DNA of 64,000 nt, taken from positions 395,470 through 459,469 of the forward strand of contig CAWIZL010000004.1 in the NCBI GenBank assembly GCA_963840645.1. The letters are read 5' to 3'. Source of the stretch: Candidatus Doudnabacteria bacterium (GTDB lineage Bacteria; Patescibacteriota; Doudnabacteria; UBA920; VMFF01). Below the pieces are notes generated by a model. That model saw nothing but the letters and a program-made list of their open reading frames with translations, made no database searches and was not told the origin of the DNA. Position 1 is the stretch's first letter, and each line of letters begins with the position of its first letter. Positions 29,583 through 39,102 of the stretch are shown piece after piece. The position numbers and the translations under genes were made by a program.

Positions 29583-32500
29583 CTAGTAGGACAGCGTGTT
29601 ACCAGCGATTGGCAGCACGGATGCTGGCAGGTTGGCAGAAGCGCCGCCCTGGTCATTCCATACTACCGCGGTAATGTTCGGCTGGACAAAGAAGTAGGTA
29701 GAACCAGTGTGTGCCCATGATGGGTTGGTGCTATCCACTGACAGTGTCAAGATACGAGTCGTACCTGCGTTGATAACGTAGCCGTCTGGCAGAGCCACGT
29801 TGACGGTAACTGCATTGCCGCTTGGAGCTGCACTGTTGTCTGTAAGACCTGTATCAGCCAAAGTGCAGGTTGATGCACAGGTAACAGTGACAAGGGTAGG
29901 AGCAGTCACGACGAGGACAACGTTACCAGTTGTGGTGACGAGGCCTGTGACGTGGGTTGTGCTGGTAACCGTGTTGATTGCGGTTGCCAACGTGTTGCCG
30001 TTACCTGTCACAGTGGTGACTCCACCAACGGATGTTGTGTCGATCTTGAGGTCGCCGGCTGTGATGGCTGCGCCACCTGCAATGGCAATTCCAATTGTTG
30101 GGATTACCACGTGCGATGTGCCTGCGGTCAAGCCAGTGCCTGCCAAGGTTGCTGTTGCGCCCATGCCAATGGTGATGTCACCGTTGGTTGAAGCGCGGTA
30201 CAGGGCAACTGTAGCAGAAGAAGCAGCTGGGCCGACGTAAGCAGCTGTAACGCCAGTTGTGGCGGTAACAGTGTTGATGGCGGTGATGAGGTTTGTTGCC
30301 TCAGCATTGTTTGAGCCACCGAGAGTCACAGCGCCCACAGATGTTCCGTTGATCGTGAGATCGCCGGCTGAGATAGCTGCTGGGGTCGTGATGGCTGCAC
30401 CCAAGACGCTGCTCCTTGCGCTGGCGGTTACGCCGACAAGCGCGTTAGAAATGGCGCCGTTAGGGTCGCGAATGGTGAACGGGTTCGTCATTGAGGCAAC
30501 GCCGTTGTTCGTAACCTTGACGGTGAACTGCTGGAGCACAGCGTCGTAGTTAGAAGCAGCTTTGAAGTCCCACATGGCGAAGTAGTCCTGCGAGCTGGTA
30601 CCACGTGTACCGCTTGGGGAGCTACCGTCCAGGGTAACCGAGAGGTTTGTCCTGAACACTGTCTGGCCGTTGGCTGTAGCAGTACCTGTTGGGGAAATGC
30701 TCAAACCAGAGCCATCACCAGTTGCCACAATGCCCGTGGAGCCTGTCACACCAAAGGTGTGGATGCTTCCAGAGATTGAGGCAGTGCTGTTGTAAGGTGC
30801 GACGTCAGCAACAATCGTGATCGTCTTTACCGAGCCAACCGCGATGTGGTAAGCAGGGTTGAACGTGAAGGTTGCTAGGCCGTTGCCACCAGAAGAGGTC
30901 AAGCCTGTGACAGTGCCGCCGATTTGCGTTTGGCCATCAAAGAGCTTGATGTTCTGGAGAGCGTTCAGCGCGTTTGTCGTGATACCTGAGAAGGTATCGA
31001 GAACGCTGAGGCTCGTGAGGTTTGCGCCCTCAGCTGTGCCAGTGGTCAGCTTGAAGCTGCCCATGGTCACGCCAGTTGCACCCATTGCAACGTTAGCAGC
31101 TGCAACAGCACCGGTGTCATTGCTGACAGTCAGGGTTGTTGAAGTTGTGCTGAGAGTCAAGTTCTGACCTGCAATACCAGGAGCAGAAATTGCTGAGCCG
31201 CTTGCCTGGGTCGCAGAGCGAGAGGTGCCAGAAGAGGCACCTGAACCCTGTGCGCTGAGCAGGTATGCAGGAACAACAGTTGCTGCTGGTGCACCGCTCA
31301 GTGTGTCCTCGTAGACGTCAACAGCTACGCTGCCGCCTGCTGGGATCAAGAGTGGGTTGCCGCTGAACGCGTAGCTTGCACTTGGGGTAATTGAACCCTG
31401 GGTGTAAGTACCGAACTGCGTGCCGTTCACGAACACTTTCATGTTCTGGAACGTGTTTGTTGCAGCAGAAGCCTCAATGGTGACGCTGCTCAGGTTAATG
31501 CCTTCGCCAGCTGCAGCGCTCAGTGTGAACGATGCAACGCGCTGGTTAGAAGCGCCTGGGACAACCGTCTGAGCACCGAGTGAAGAGTTCACCGCTGCGT
31601 AGAATGGTGTTGCTGAGAACGTCAGCGCACGGCCATTGTTTGCAGTTGTGGTGACAGTAGCCAGAGAAATCTGACCCTGTGCGCTTCCACCAGATGCCAG
31701 GTTTGCCTGGACACCCTTAATTGCACCTGTGCCAGCAGTTGTTGCTGTGCTCAGGATGTCTGACTTGATCGAGATAATACGGGTGGTATTAGCAAGGATC
31801 GTGTAGTTCAACTGGGAGCTCGAGTTACCGAACGTGCCAGTGAAACCGTTCACGAACGTTGGGTTGTGTGATGCGTCACACGTGCCAGTCAACGTTGGGT
31901 TGCTTGCACAGGTGGTCACAGCGTAGCTCAGGATTGAGCTTGGCGTTGTGTACGTCGAGCCAATCTGAACGCCCTGGTCATCAACGAGCTTCAGGTTTGC
32001 AAGCACGCTGTTGTTGCAGTCTGTTGCGCTACCGCACGTTGTGCCGTTAGCGTACGAGAATGAAACTGGCAGGCTGTTGATCTTGACTGGTTCACCAGAT
32101 GCGGTGAAGTCAAACTGAGACAGAGTCTGGTTGCTGACGCCTGTTGCAACGTTGCCCGTTGGGGAGTTTGCATCAGTGTTCACAACAAGGTTACCTGCCT
32201 GAACCGATATAGGAGCTGCAGTGCAGGCAGAAACATCCTGTTGTACTGGGAAGCTCGTGCAGCTTGAGCTGGTCGACACGGTTGCGAGGATACCAGCGTT
32301 GTACGTCTGATCCCAAGCTTGGACATCAGAGTTTCGCTGGATGCTCATGTAGAAGTTGCGACCTGGCGTTCCGAGAACGTCAGCGTAGACGCTGAAGGTC
32401 ACGTTCTGGCCTGAAGAAATCGTGTAAGGATTTGCGGTCAGGTCAAAGTTTGCCTGGTTGTTTGCATTCAGCTGTGGAATGGTTGAACCAACCTGTGTTC

Positions 32501-33857
32501 CAGAGCCATTCTTCAGCATGATGTTTGCCAGGTCAGTTGAAGCGTTGATAGAGCCAACTTCTGTGAGGGTGAGGTAGCTCATCTTCACAGCGCTGTTCTG
32601 CGCCAAGAACTGGAACTGGCCAACGAGTACACCCGTAGAACCAGCATTGACGCTGGTGCCAACAGTGCTTGCAGATACCTGCAGAGTTGCCAAAGCTGGG
32701 TTGCTCAGAACTGTGCTCGTCATGGCATTGCCCGTGATTGGGAAGTTGCCGGCAACAGAACCGTTTCCAGAGGTCACTACGTCAGATGCTGACGCAATGC
32801 CCAAAGAGTAGGTCTTGCTGGTGGTGACGCTAGAGCTGAGATCCATCTTGAGGCTGATAACCACAGTGCTGTCTGCGGGGACTGTGAACAGACCGTTGCT
32901 GTTCGAGAAGGTAGCACGACCGGAACCCAAAGAAGATGAGTAGCCGATACGGTTGCTGCCCTGGAACAGGTAGACATTGTTGATGTCTGAGTCTGAACCC
33001 AAGCCCGTGCGGGTGACGGTCAACTGGGTGACGACAACCTGGCTGGAACCAGCTGTGAAGTTGACATCAGCCATGTCGTTGAACGCTGAACCAGCTGCAA
33101 TGTATGCAGATGCTGGTGTGGTTGAAGCCAAAGAAACTGACAAGCCGCCAGAGACTGGCAGGACTGTGCCTGTTGGTGTTGGCGTTGGGTTAATTACTGG
33201 GCCAGAGGGGCTGAGCATTCCCATTGTCCACATTGGCATGATGCCGTTGCTCATAGGAAGTGCGTTGTCGTAGGTGTTGCTTGGAACAACTGCGTTCCAA
33301 GAGTAGCCCCACGAGTTGAACACTGCCAGTGATGGAATACCCTGCTTGCCTGTTGATGAAATCAGGTAGACAGTGCCTGCCTGGTTGACCAACGTGCCTG
33401 GCAGGTGCGCCATTGCAGTTGAGCTGATTGGGGGCAACGTGTTCATGAACGATGTATCGCCAGGAATCACGTTAGAGAACGAGTAGCCCAAACCGGTGAA
33501 CACAGCTGCTGACGTAAAGCCAGCGCGTGAGCCATTCGTCATGATGTAGACAGTGCCCATATCATTGATAAGGCTGCCGTCCATAGGAGGGACGAAAGAA
33601 CCGGTTGGGAGCGCCAAGTCCTCAGGAGAAGCTGCCTGCACGCCTGCCCAGGAGTTGAATCCGTAGGACAAGAATGCGCCAGCTGAGGTGTAAGGCTGTT
33701 TCTGGTTAGATGAGTTGATGAAGTACACAGTGCCGTTTGAAACGACGTTTGTGCCGACAGCGTGCTGTTGAGCTGATGCCACGAATGGCAGAGCTGCAGC
33801 AATCATCGCAGAAGCAGCGCCTACTGCAAAGATTTTCTTTGCGATAGAGGTTTGCAT
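29583..33857 (-). CDS. very large secreted or surface protein (~1424 aa) with internal repeats
   Basis: Signal peptide MQTSIAKKIFAVGAASAMIAAALPFVASA with SD GGAG upstream. Three ~55-aa N-terminal repeats (GTVYFINS.., GTVYIMTN.., GTVYLISS..). The remainder is a long Thr/Ser/Ala/Gly/Val-rich beta-like region. Confidence 0.8.
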   Translation of the reverse strand: MQTSIAKKIFAVGAASAMIAAALPFVASAQQHAVGTNVVSNGTVYFINSSNQKQPYTSAGAFLSYGFNSWAGVQAASPEDLALPTGSFVPPMDGSLINDMGTVYIMTNGSRAGFTSAAVFTGLGYSFSNVIPGDTSFMNTLPPISSTAMAHLPGTLVNQAGTVYLISSTGKQGIPSLAVFNSWGYSWNAVVPSNTYDNALPMSNGIMPMWTMGMLSPSGPVINPTPTPTGTVLPVSGGLSVSLASTTPASAYIAAGSAFNDMADVNFTAGSSQVVVTQLTVTRTGLGSDSDINNVYLFQGSNRIGYSSSLGSGRATFSNSNGLFTVPADSTVVISLKMDLSSSVTTSKTYSLGIASASDVVTSGNGSVAGNFPITGNAMTSTVLSNPALATLQVSASTVGTSVNAGSTGVLVGQFQFLAQNSAVKMSYLTLTEVGSINASTDLANIMLKNGSGTQVGSTIPQLNANNQANFDLTANPYTISSGQNVTFSVYADVLGTPGRNFYMSIQRNSDVQAWDQTYNAGILATVSTSSSCTSFPVQQDVSACTAAPISVQAGNLVVNTDANSPTGNVATGVSNQTLSQFDFTASGEPVKINSLPVSFSYANGTTCGSATDCNNSVLANLKLVDDQGVQIGSTYTTPSSILSYAVTTCASNPTLTGTCDASHNPTFVNGFTGTFGNSSSQLNYTILANTTRIISIKSDILSTATTAGTGAIKGVQANLASGGSAQGQISLATVTTTANNGRALTFSATPFYAAVNSSLGAQTVVPGASNQRVASFTLSAAAGEGINLSSVTIEASAATNTFQNMKVFVNGTQFGTYTQGSITPSASYAFSGNPLLIPAGGSVAVDVYEDTLSGAPAATVVPAYLLSAQGSGASSGTSRSATQASGSAISAPGIAGQNLTLSTTSTTLTVSNDTGAVAAANVAMGATGVTMGSFKLTTGTAEGANLTSLSVLDTFSGITTNALNALQNIKLFDGQTQIGGTVTGLTSSGGNGLATFTFNPAYHIAVGSVKTITIVADVAPYNSTASISGSIHTFGVTGSTGIVATGDGSGLSISPTGTATANGQTVFRTNLSVTLDGSSPSGTRGTSSQDYFAMWDFKAASNYDAVLQQFTVKVTNNGVASMTNPFTIRDPNGAISNALVGVTASARSSVLGAAITTPAAISAGDLTINGTSVGAVTLGGSNNAEATNLITAINTVTATTGVTAAYVGPAASSATVALYRASTNGDITIGMGATATLAGTGLTAGTSHVVIPTIGIAIAGGAAITAGDLKIDTTSVGGVTTVTGNGNTLATAINTVTSTTHVTGLVTTTGNVVLVVTAPTLVTVTCASTCTLADTGLTDNSAAPSGNAVTVNVALPDGYVINAGTTRILTLSVDSTNPSWAHTGSTYFFVQPNITAVVWNDQGGASANLPASVLPIAGNTLSY

Positions 33858-34427
33858 TTGATACTCCATTGCCGCGTAGTGCGTAATTAATTGTTCATAT
33901 GCTGCAATCAATCACGTAGAGGTGCGCAGCAATTCTTAATTTATAGAACTTTTGACTGTTGGCGGAAAACGCGCTTGTCCTTGAGACCGACCGTTTCTTC
34001 TGTTTAAAAATGAAGGTTCTCGAACAAAAAGAACAAAAGGAGCGGTATTTTCCCAGTCACTGACCCTGACGGCGACAACGGGCCGCTGTTACAGTTTTTT
34101 AGTGGTCAGCCTCGGTAATGTTATGCGCTTCGCTGGTTTAGGGCTTGCGCACAAAAAACCAAGAAAAAAGCCTGAAATTTGGCGCATTTTCGCCTATTTT
34201 TTCAGTGCGTTTTTCTTGGCTTCTTTAGTTTTGCTTTGGGTAGATTTCTGAATTTCGACCATGGTGTGGATAATCTTAGGAGAGGGGGAATTTCTAATCT
34301 GATTATACTGGTTTGTGTAGATAAAGTCAATTGGGCCTAGGGGGCCAGCAAATCCCACGACGAGGCAAGTTAAAAGCCGCGCTCTGAATGGATCTGTTGA
34401 TCCATCCCAGCATTGCGGCTTTGTGTT

Positions 34428-35390
34428 TTATGCGTTTCGATAGCGGGGCTTCACAAATCCCCGTAAAGACACCAGCCCCTGGACAAGCTTGGGGCAGACT
34501 CTCAGCAGTGTGGCGATCAGCCAGAGCTTCTGGCTCTTGTTGTGCTTGGCGGCTTTGGCAAAATACTGCGAGGCCAAGATGGGATTCCCGTCCTGGAATG
34601 CCTGCTTGCCCCAAACAAGTGCGGCTTCGCCTGTTGCGGCATCAATCCTCTGTGAGAGCAGAAGGGCTTTGGCCGGCGGCAGCATCTGATTTTTGAACAC
34701 CTTACGGTACGCCGCCAATCGATCCTCATGCAGCCGAGCCTCGTTAGAAGAAAGGCTGTCCCCGCTCAGGCGGCGGTAGCCGGCAACCACCTGAGGCAGG
34801 TGATAGATTTCCCAACCCTGCGCTGCAATTTCAAGCCATAAACCGAGATCTTGGCAAACAACGAGGTTTGGATCCCATCCACCAGCATTGGTAATCGCCT
34901 CCCTCCGAACCATTGACGATGAGTTGTAAACCGTCGCCTTGGCGCGAACCAAGCTCCCAAACGAAGGACTTTCAGACTGAGCATTCAGGTCGTCGAGCGT
35001 CTTGCCCTCGTGTACGCTGCCACCGAAAATTCTCATGTTTCCGTAGACCACCCCAAAAGATGGCTGATTTCTCATGAAATCCGTCTGCAGCTGGAGGCAG
35101 TCTGGCATTAAAACATCGTCCGCATCGAGCAGCTGAATCAGCGGCGCCCTGCTCAGCTCAAAAGCTTTATTGCGGGCAGCTGAGACACCGCCGTTTGGCT
35201 GCACATGGTAGGTGATCCGATCCCGGTAGGGAGCGATTGCTCGCTCAAAATCGGGGGTATCGGGTGAACCATCGTTCACCACAATGACCTCGAAAGTTCC
35301 GCTGAACTTCTGAGCAAAAACAGAGTCAAGTGCCTCTGCGATGCAATGTGCGGCCTTGTAGGCCGGGATGAGAACAGACACGTCTGGCAT
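34428..35390 (-). CDS. family 2 glycosyltransferase
   Basis: MPDVSVLIPAYKAAHCIAEALDSVFAQ...VIVVNDGSPD...LDADD. SD AGGAGG upstream. Confidence 0.85.
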   Translation of the reverse strand: MPDVSVLIPAYKAAHCIAEALDSVFAQKFSGTFEVIVVNDGSPDTPDFERAIAPYRDRITYHVQPNGGVSAARNKAFELSRAPLIQLLDADDVLMPDCLQLQTDFMRNQPSFGVVYGNMRIFGGSVHEGKTLDDLNAQSESPSFGSLVRAKATVYNSSSMVRREAITNAGGWDPNLVVCQDLGLWLEIAAQGWEIYHLPQVVAGYRRLSGDSLSSNEARLHEDRLAAYRKVFKNQMLPPAKALLLSQRIDAATGEAALVWGKQAFQDGNPILASQYFAKAAKHNKSQKLWLIATLLRVCPKLVQGLVSLRGFVKPRYRNA

Positions 35391-35631
35391 AAACTTTTTC
35401 CTCCTACCTTTTTTCCTCAGCGTACCCATGATGTACTGCTAGGTTACTGAGAGAAAATTGCCACCCCTAGCAGGCAATTTTCCAACCAGCAACCATTAAC
35501 TTATCATTAACTTACTTATAGAGTACTACATTTAATCCTGTTTGTCCAGTCAACGCATTCACTGCTGCCCGACCGACTCCCGCTGCTACCACCGCCAAAT
35601 CAAAAAAGCACACTGCGGTGCCTTTTTGATT

Positions 35632-35810
35632 TGGAGCGGGAGGCCAAAGCTTTTGCTTTGGCACTTCCATTTCGATTTGCTCCGCAAATCAAATAGGTGA
35701 AGGTCGCTTGGCCGTTCGGCCTTCGCTGCCGCTCAGGCACTCCGGCACCGCCTTGCAACTCCAGACTGTGGAACGAGGTTCGAATGGAAATAGCTAAAAT
35801 GCTGCCTTAA
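35632..35810 (+). repeat. orphan tail c1: tRNA-Gly core TGGAGCGGG (35632) separated by a 125-nt insert from the tail LWNEVRMEIAKMLP* (35766-35810)
   Basis: Hairpin plus core at 35601-40, as found left of tRNA-Gly. The tail is ctg tgg aac gag gtt cga atg gaa ata gct aaa atg ctg cct taa. Confidence 0.6.
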
Positions 35811-36599
35811 TTACTTTATTTGGATAGAGCTAATTAAAGCTTCTGTTGGCAGGTCTTCATCGCTTTCACCATACCTTGAATAAGTAACGGTTAGGTAATC
35901 ATTCTTGCCAACTATATAAACCGTAACTTGGTCAGAGTCCCCATTGCCTGCACTAACCTGGGGTAATTGTATAATTGCAAAGGCCTGTTTTCCGTTTAAC
36001 TGGAAATCTGCCAAAACTTCCAAATTATTATTCAAGGAGCCTGTACCACCAGGGAATCTGTCAGTGCCAGTTATCTGTCCTTCCATCCCGTCCTGAAAAT
36101 TTGTATTAGAATAATACTGGATATTGACCACAGGTCCTGAATCTTGTTCTTGCAAATGTATTAAATTGTTGGAACTCCACTGGCTATTATCCAAAGACCA
36201 ATATTGAGGAGAGTATTTAAAACTTACTGCTTTATCCGGGCTTATATAAGTTTGCCAAGTCCGAGTGATTGCCGTTAGGGCATCTCCATAAATATTTGGC
36301 AACTCGGGATCACTATCGTAACCAGCAAAACTTAGTACTGGAACATTATTTGGCATTATCCATACACCGCTACGATTTGCCCCACCGGGACCGTATAAAT
36401 AACATTGCAGGCCGTGAGTGCCCGTGACAGAGCCACCGGCTCCGTAAGATTGAATGCTATGAAAATCACAAGGCTGGCCAACAGCTATTGTGCTTGTTGC
36501 AGACTTTGTAGACACGGGATTGATTGGGGATGGTTTTTTACTATTACATCCAGCGGCTAACAAAACGACAATTGGGAATGCAACTAATAATTTTTTCAT
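35811..36599 (-). CDS. lipoprotein
   Basis: MKKLLVAFPIVVLLAAGCNSKK, with a lipobox. Confidence 0.7.
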   Translation of the reverse strand: MKKLLVAFPIVVLLAAGCNSKKPSPINPVSTKSATSTIAVGQPCDFHSIQSYGAGGSVTGTHGLQCYLYGPGGANRSGVWIMPNNVPVLSFAGYDSDPELPNIYGDALTAITRTWQTYISPDKAVSFKYSPQYWSLDNSQWSSNNLIHLQEQDSGPVVNIQYYSNTNFQDGMEGQITGTDRFPGGTGSLNNNLEVLADFQLNGKQAFAIIQLPQVSAGNGDSDQVTVYIVGKNDYLTVTYSRYGESDEDLPTEALISSIQIK

Positions 36600-36612
36600 A
36601 AGCTGTTTGTAA

Positions 36613-37679
36613 CTTGGTTTCAATAGTCTAGCGCAACGAGGTGATATGCTCACCTCGTATGAACACACCAAACTACAGGCGTCTCTCCGGCCGTGAACGG
36701 GAGGAGATCAGCAGGGGCTTGGCGGCTGGTTCTTCCCGAGCGGACATCGCACTCCAGCTCGGCAGGAGCACGAGCACGGTTGCCCGAGAGGTTGCGGGCA
36801 ACAGCGGCGCCAGCGGGTACCGGGCGTTCTCGGCTGGGCAGCGTGCGCGGGCTGCGGCGGCAGCCCGCAGGGGTGGGATCCGCCGCCTCGACCGTGAGCC
36901 GCGGCTCCGCGCGTACGTGGTCGCGGGGCTGCGGAAGCGGTGGTCGCCGCGGGAGGTCGTCAGGCGGATGAAAATGGAGTATGCTGCTGACAGCAGTATG
37001 CGCATCTCCCACGAAGCCATCTACCAGTACATCTACGTCTTGCCGCGGGGCAGCCTGAAACAGGAGCTGGTCTCGGCGCTGCGCCGCGAGCACGCCTACC
37101 GCAGGAAGACCGGCGGCAAGGGGCGGCCCGGGGAAGCGCGCGGCAGGATAGCCGGGATGCTCTCCATCGAGGAGCGCCCAGCCGAGGCTGCCGACCGAAC
37201 CGTGCCAGGCCACTGGGAGGGCGACCTGATCCTGGGGAGGCACAAGCGGTCTGCCCTCGGCACGCTCGTGGAGCGCACCACGCGGTACACGATCCTCGTG
37301 CCGCTCGGCCGCCAGAAAGATGCCGCCAGCGTACGCCGGGCGTACGCGCGAGCTTTCCGCTCGGTGCCGCAGGAGCTGGCGAAGACGCTCACGTACGACC
37401 AGGGCAAGGAGATGTCCCAGCACGCGAGGTTCACCGTTGCCACGGGCATCCAGGTCTACTTCGCACACCCGGCATCCCCGTGGGAGCGGGGCACGAACGA
37501 GAACACGAACGGGCTCATCCGGCAGTACTTCCCGAAGGGCACCGAGTTCGACAAGGTCTCCACGCGGGAGGTCAAGCGGGTGCAGCGGCAGCTGAACGAC
37601 CGGCCGAGGGCGGCGCTAAGCTTCTACAAGCCAGACGAAATCTTTAACCGACTCGTTGCGCTAAATGTTTGAAACCAAG
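36613..37679 (+). mobile_element. IS30-family insertion sequence, strongly GC-rich relative to its surroundings
   Basis: Terminal inverted repeats cttggtttcaatagtctagcgcaacgag (36613-36640) and ctcgttgcgctaaatgtttgaaaccaag (37652-37679). Single transposase ORF. Confidence 0.85.
36659..37672 (+). CDS. IS30 family transposase
   Basis: N-terminal HTH-like region. DDE region HWEGDLI...TLTYDQGKEM...YFAHPASPWERGTNENTNGLIRQYFPKG. Confidence 0.9.
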   Translation: MNTPNYRRLSGREREEISRGLAAGSSRADIALQLGRSTSTVAREVAGNSGASGYRAFSAGQRARAAAAARRGGIRRLDREPRLRAYVVAGLRKRWSPREVVRRMKMEYAADSSMRISHEAIYQYIYVLPRGSLKQELVSALRREHAYRRKTGGKGRPGEARGRIAGMLSIEERPAEAADRTVPGHWEGDLILGRHKRSALGTLVERTTRYTILVPLGRQKDAASVRRAYARAFRSVPQELAKTLTYDQGKEMSQHARFTVATGIQVYFAHPASPWERGTNENTNGLIRQYFPKGTEFDKVSTREVKRVQRQLNDRPRAALSFYKPDEIFNRLVALNV

Positions 37680-37718
37680 AATTAAAAGTGTTCTTAGTCA
37701 ATTGTGGTTACCGAGTTA

Positions 37719-37794
37719 TGGAGCGGGCTGTGGAACGAGGTTCGAAGGGAGATAGCTAAGAATTCTACTTTTCAAACAGGCTAACGTACTCGAA
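37719..37794 (+). repeat. orphan tail c2: TGGAGCGGG plus [18 protein letters not shown]
   Basis: tgg agc ggg ctg tgg aac gag gtt cga agg gag ata gct aag aat tct ... taa. Confidence 0.7.
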
Positions 37795-38896
37795 CAGCTC
37801 GAAGGATCTATTACGTGAGTACCCTGTTTTTTCCTTTAGAATACCCTTACGCTCAAACTCGCCCACCAAACGCGTAGCCGTAACGAAAGCAACGCCCAAA
37901 TTTTCAGCAATTTGATTGAGGCTCATGATGGGCTGTGAAAAAAGAGCCACGAGAAATACCTGACCCAGCTCAGCGCGCTTACCCATTTCTAATATTTTTT
38001 TGCCGTAACGTTCCCGAAGCATGACAATCTTCTCGAGGGTCGTCTTCCCCTTTGTAGCTGTTTCAATGATACCAGACAGAAAAAACCTGATCCATTGTTC
38101 AATGTCGTTTGACGCACGCGCAACGGTGAGCGCATCGTAGTATGACCCCTTGTTTCGCTCAAAAAAATCAGAAAGGTACAGAGTTGGCTTCTTGAGTACG
38201 CCTGCATCTACAAGCTGGAGCGTGATGAGCAGGCGGCCGGTTCTCCCGTTGCCATCGAGGAATGGGTGAATCGTTTCAAACTGGTAGTGGCTCATGGCCA
38301 TTTTGATGAGCAGGGGGATCTCAAGCTGCTTGCTGTGCCAAAATCTTTCTAGGTCGGAAAGAAGCTCGGCTAGCTCATTTGGATGCGGGGGAACAAAAAC
38401 AGCATCTTTCAAGCTTGACCCGCCAATCCAGTTTTGGCTCGTTCGAACTTCGCCCGGCATCTTGCGCTCACCTCGAACGCTCGTGAGCAGCACCTTGTGG
38501 GCATCCTTGAGCAGCCGCATTGAGAGAGGCAGCTTGCTGAGATTTTTGATTGATTGGTTAATTGCAGCCACGTAGTTCTGCAAGCTCTTTCCAGTCATCA
38601 CGTCGTTCTGGGTTCACGTCTTCTCTAGACAAGAGAGCTTCGTCAATTCTCGTCTTTGTACCCTCAATACGGCTCGATGTGGTCGCCTCTTTTGTAATGT
38701 GCATGCGGATAAAGTAATCTATATCTGGCACGAGGGTCGAGTAAGCATTCAGTTCACCCAACAGGCGCATTGCCTCACCGAGGAGCACGTTGATCTTTGG
38801 ATCTTGCCAAACAAAAAGTTTGTTGATCGGCAGTGGGCTGAAGCTCTTGTACTCAAACTGTTGCTTGTAGGAACCTGCTTTGAAAGCTGTTGGCAT
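37765..38896 (-). pseudogene. Fic family protein, split by a frameshift near 38596-38612
   Basis: N-terminal ORF 38558..38896 and C-terminal ORF 37765..38601 carrying the Fic motif [12 protein letters not shown]. The junction reads ..EDVNPE / [13 protein letters not shown]. Confidence 0.85.
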
Positions 38897-38991
38897 AAGT
38901 GTAAATATAAAAATCTATATTTACACATTAGCACACTAAGTGAAAACAAGCAAAACCATACTTTCACTTAATCCAATGTGATTATTAATAG

Positions 38992-39085
38992 CCTTACGGT
39001 GCAACAAAAAACACCAATGTTTAGTTGGTGTTTTTTGCTGGAGCGGGCTGTGGAGCGAGGTTCGAAGGGAAATAATTAAGAATAT
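38992..39085 (+). repeat. copy of the tRNA-Gly downstream flank (38992-39038) plus orphan tail c3 (TGGAGCGGG plus LWSEVRREIIKN...)
   Basis: ccttacggtgcaacaaaaaacaccaa is identical to 47711-47736. A hairpin follows, then tgg agc ggg ctg tgg agc gag gtt cga agg gaa ata att aag aat. Confidence 0.7.
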
Positions 39086-39102
39086 TGGTGTTTACCAAAA
39101 TA

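Noticed and set aside
29800-33273. Multiple plus-strand ORFs (146, 96, 102, 98 aa ...) inside the giant surface-protein gene
   Set aside because: Antisense shadows of a single 4.3-kb ORF that has a signal peptide, an SD and a terminator.
33911-34427. ~500-nt gene-free region checked for a known ncRNA (tmRNA, RNase P, SRP, 6S)
   Set aside because: I recognised no conserved boxes of these RNAs. It probably holds the promoter region of the surface-protein gene. I could not run covariance models.
34327-34729. Small ORFs overlapping the 3' end of the glycosyltransferase gene
   Set aside because: They are nested in or antisense to a gene with clear GT2 motifs, and have no start signals.
36650-37468. 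272-aa minus-strand ORF inside the IS30 element
   Set aside because: A shadow ORF of the very GC-rich transposase gene. The transposase frame carries the DDE-region motifs.
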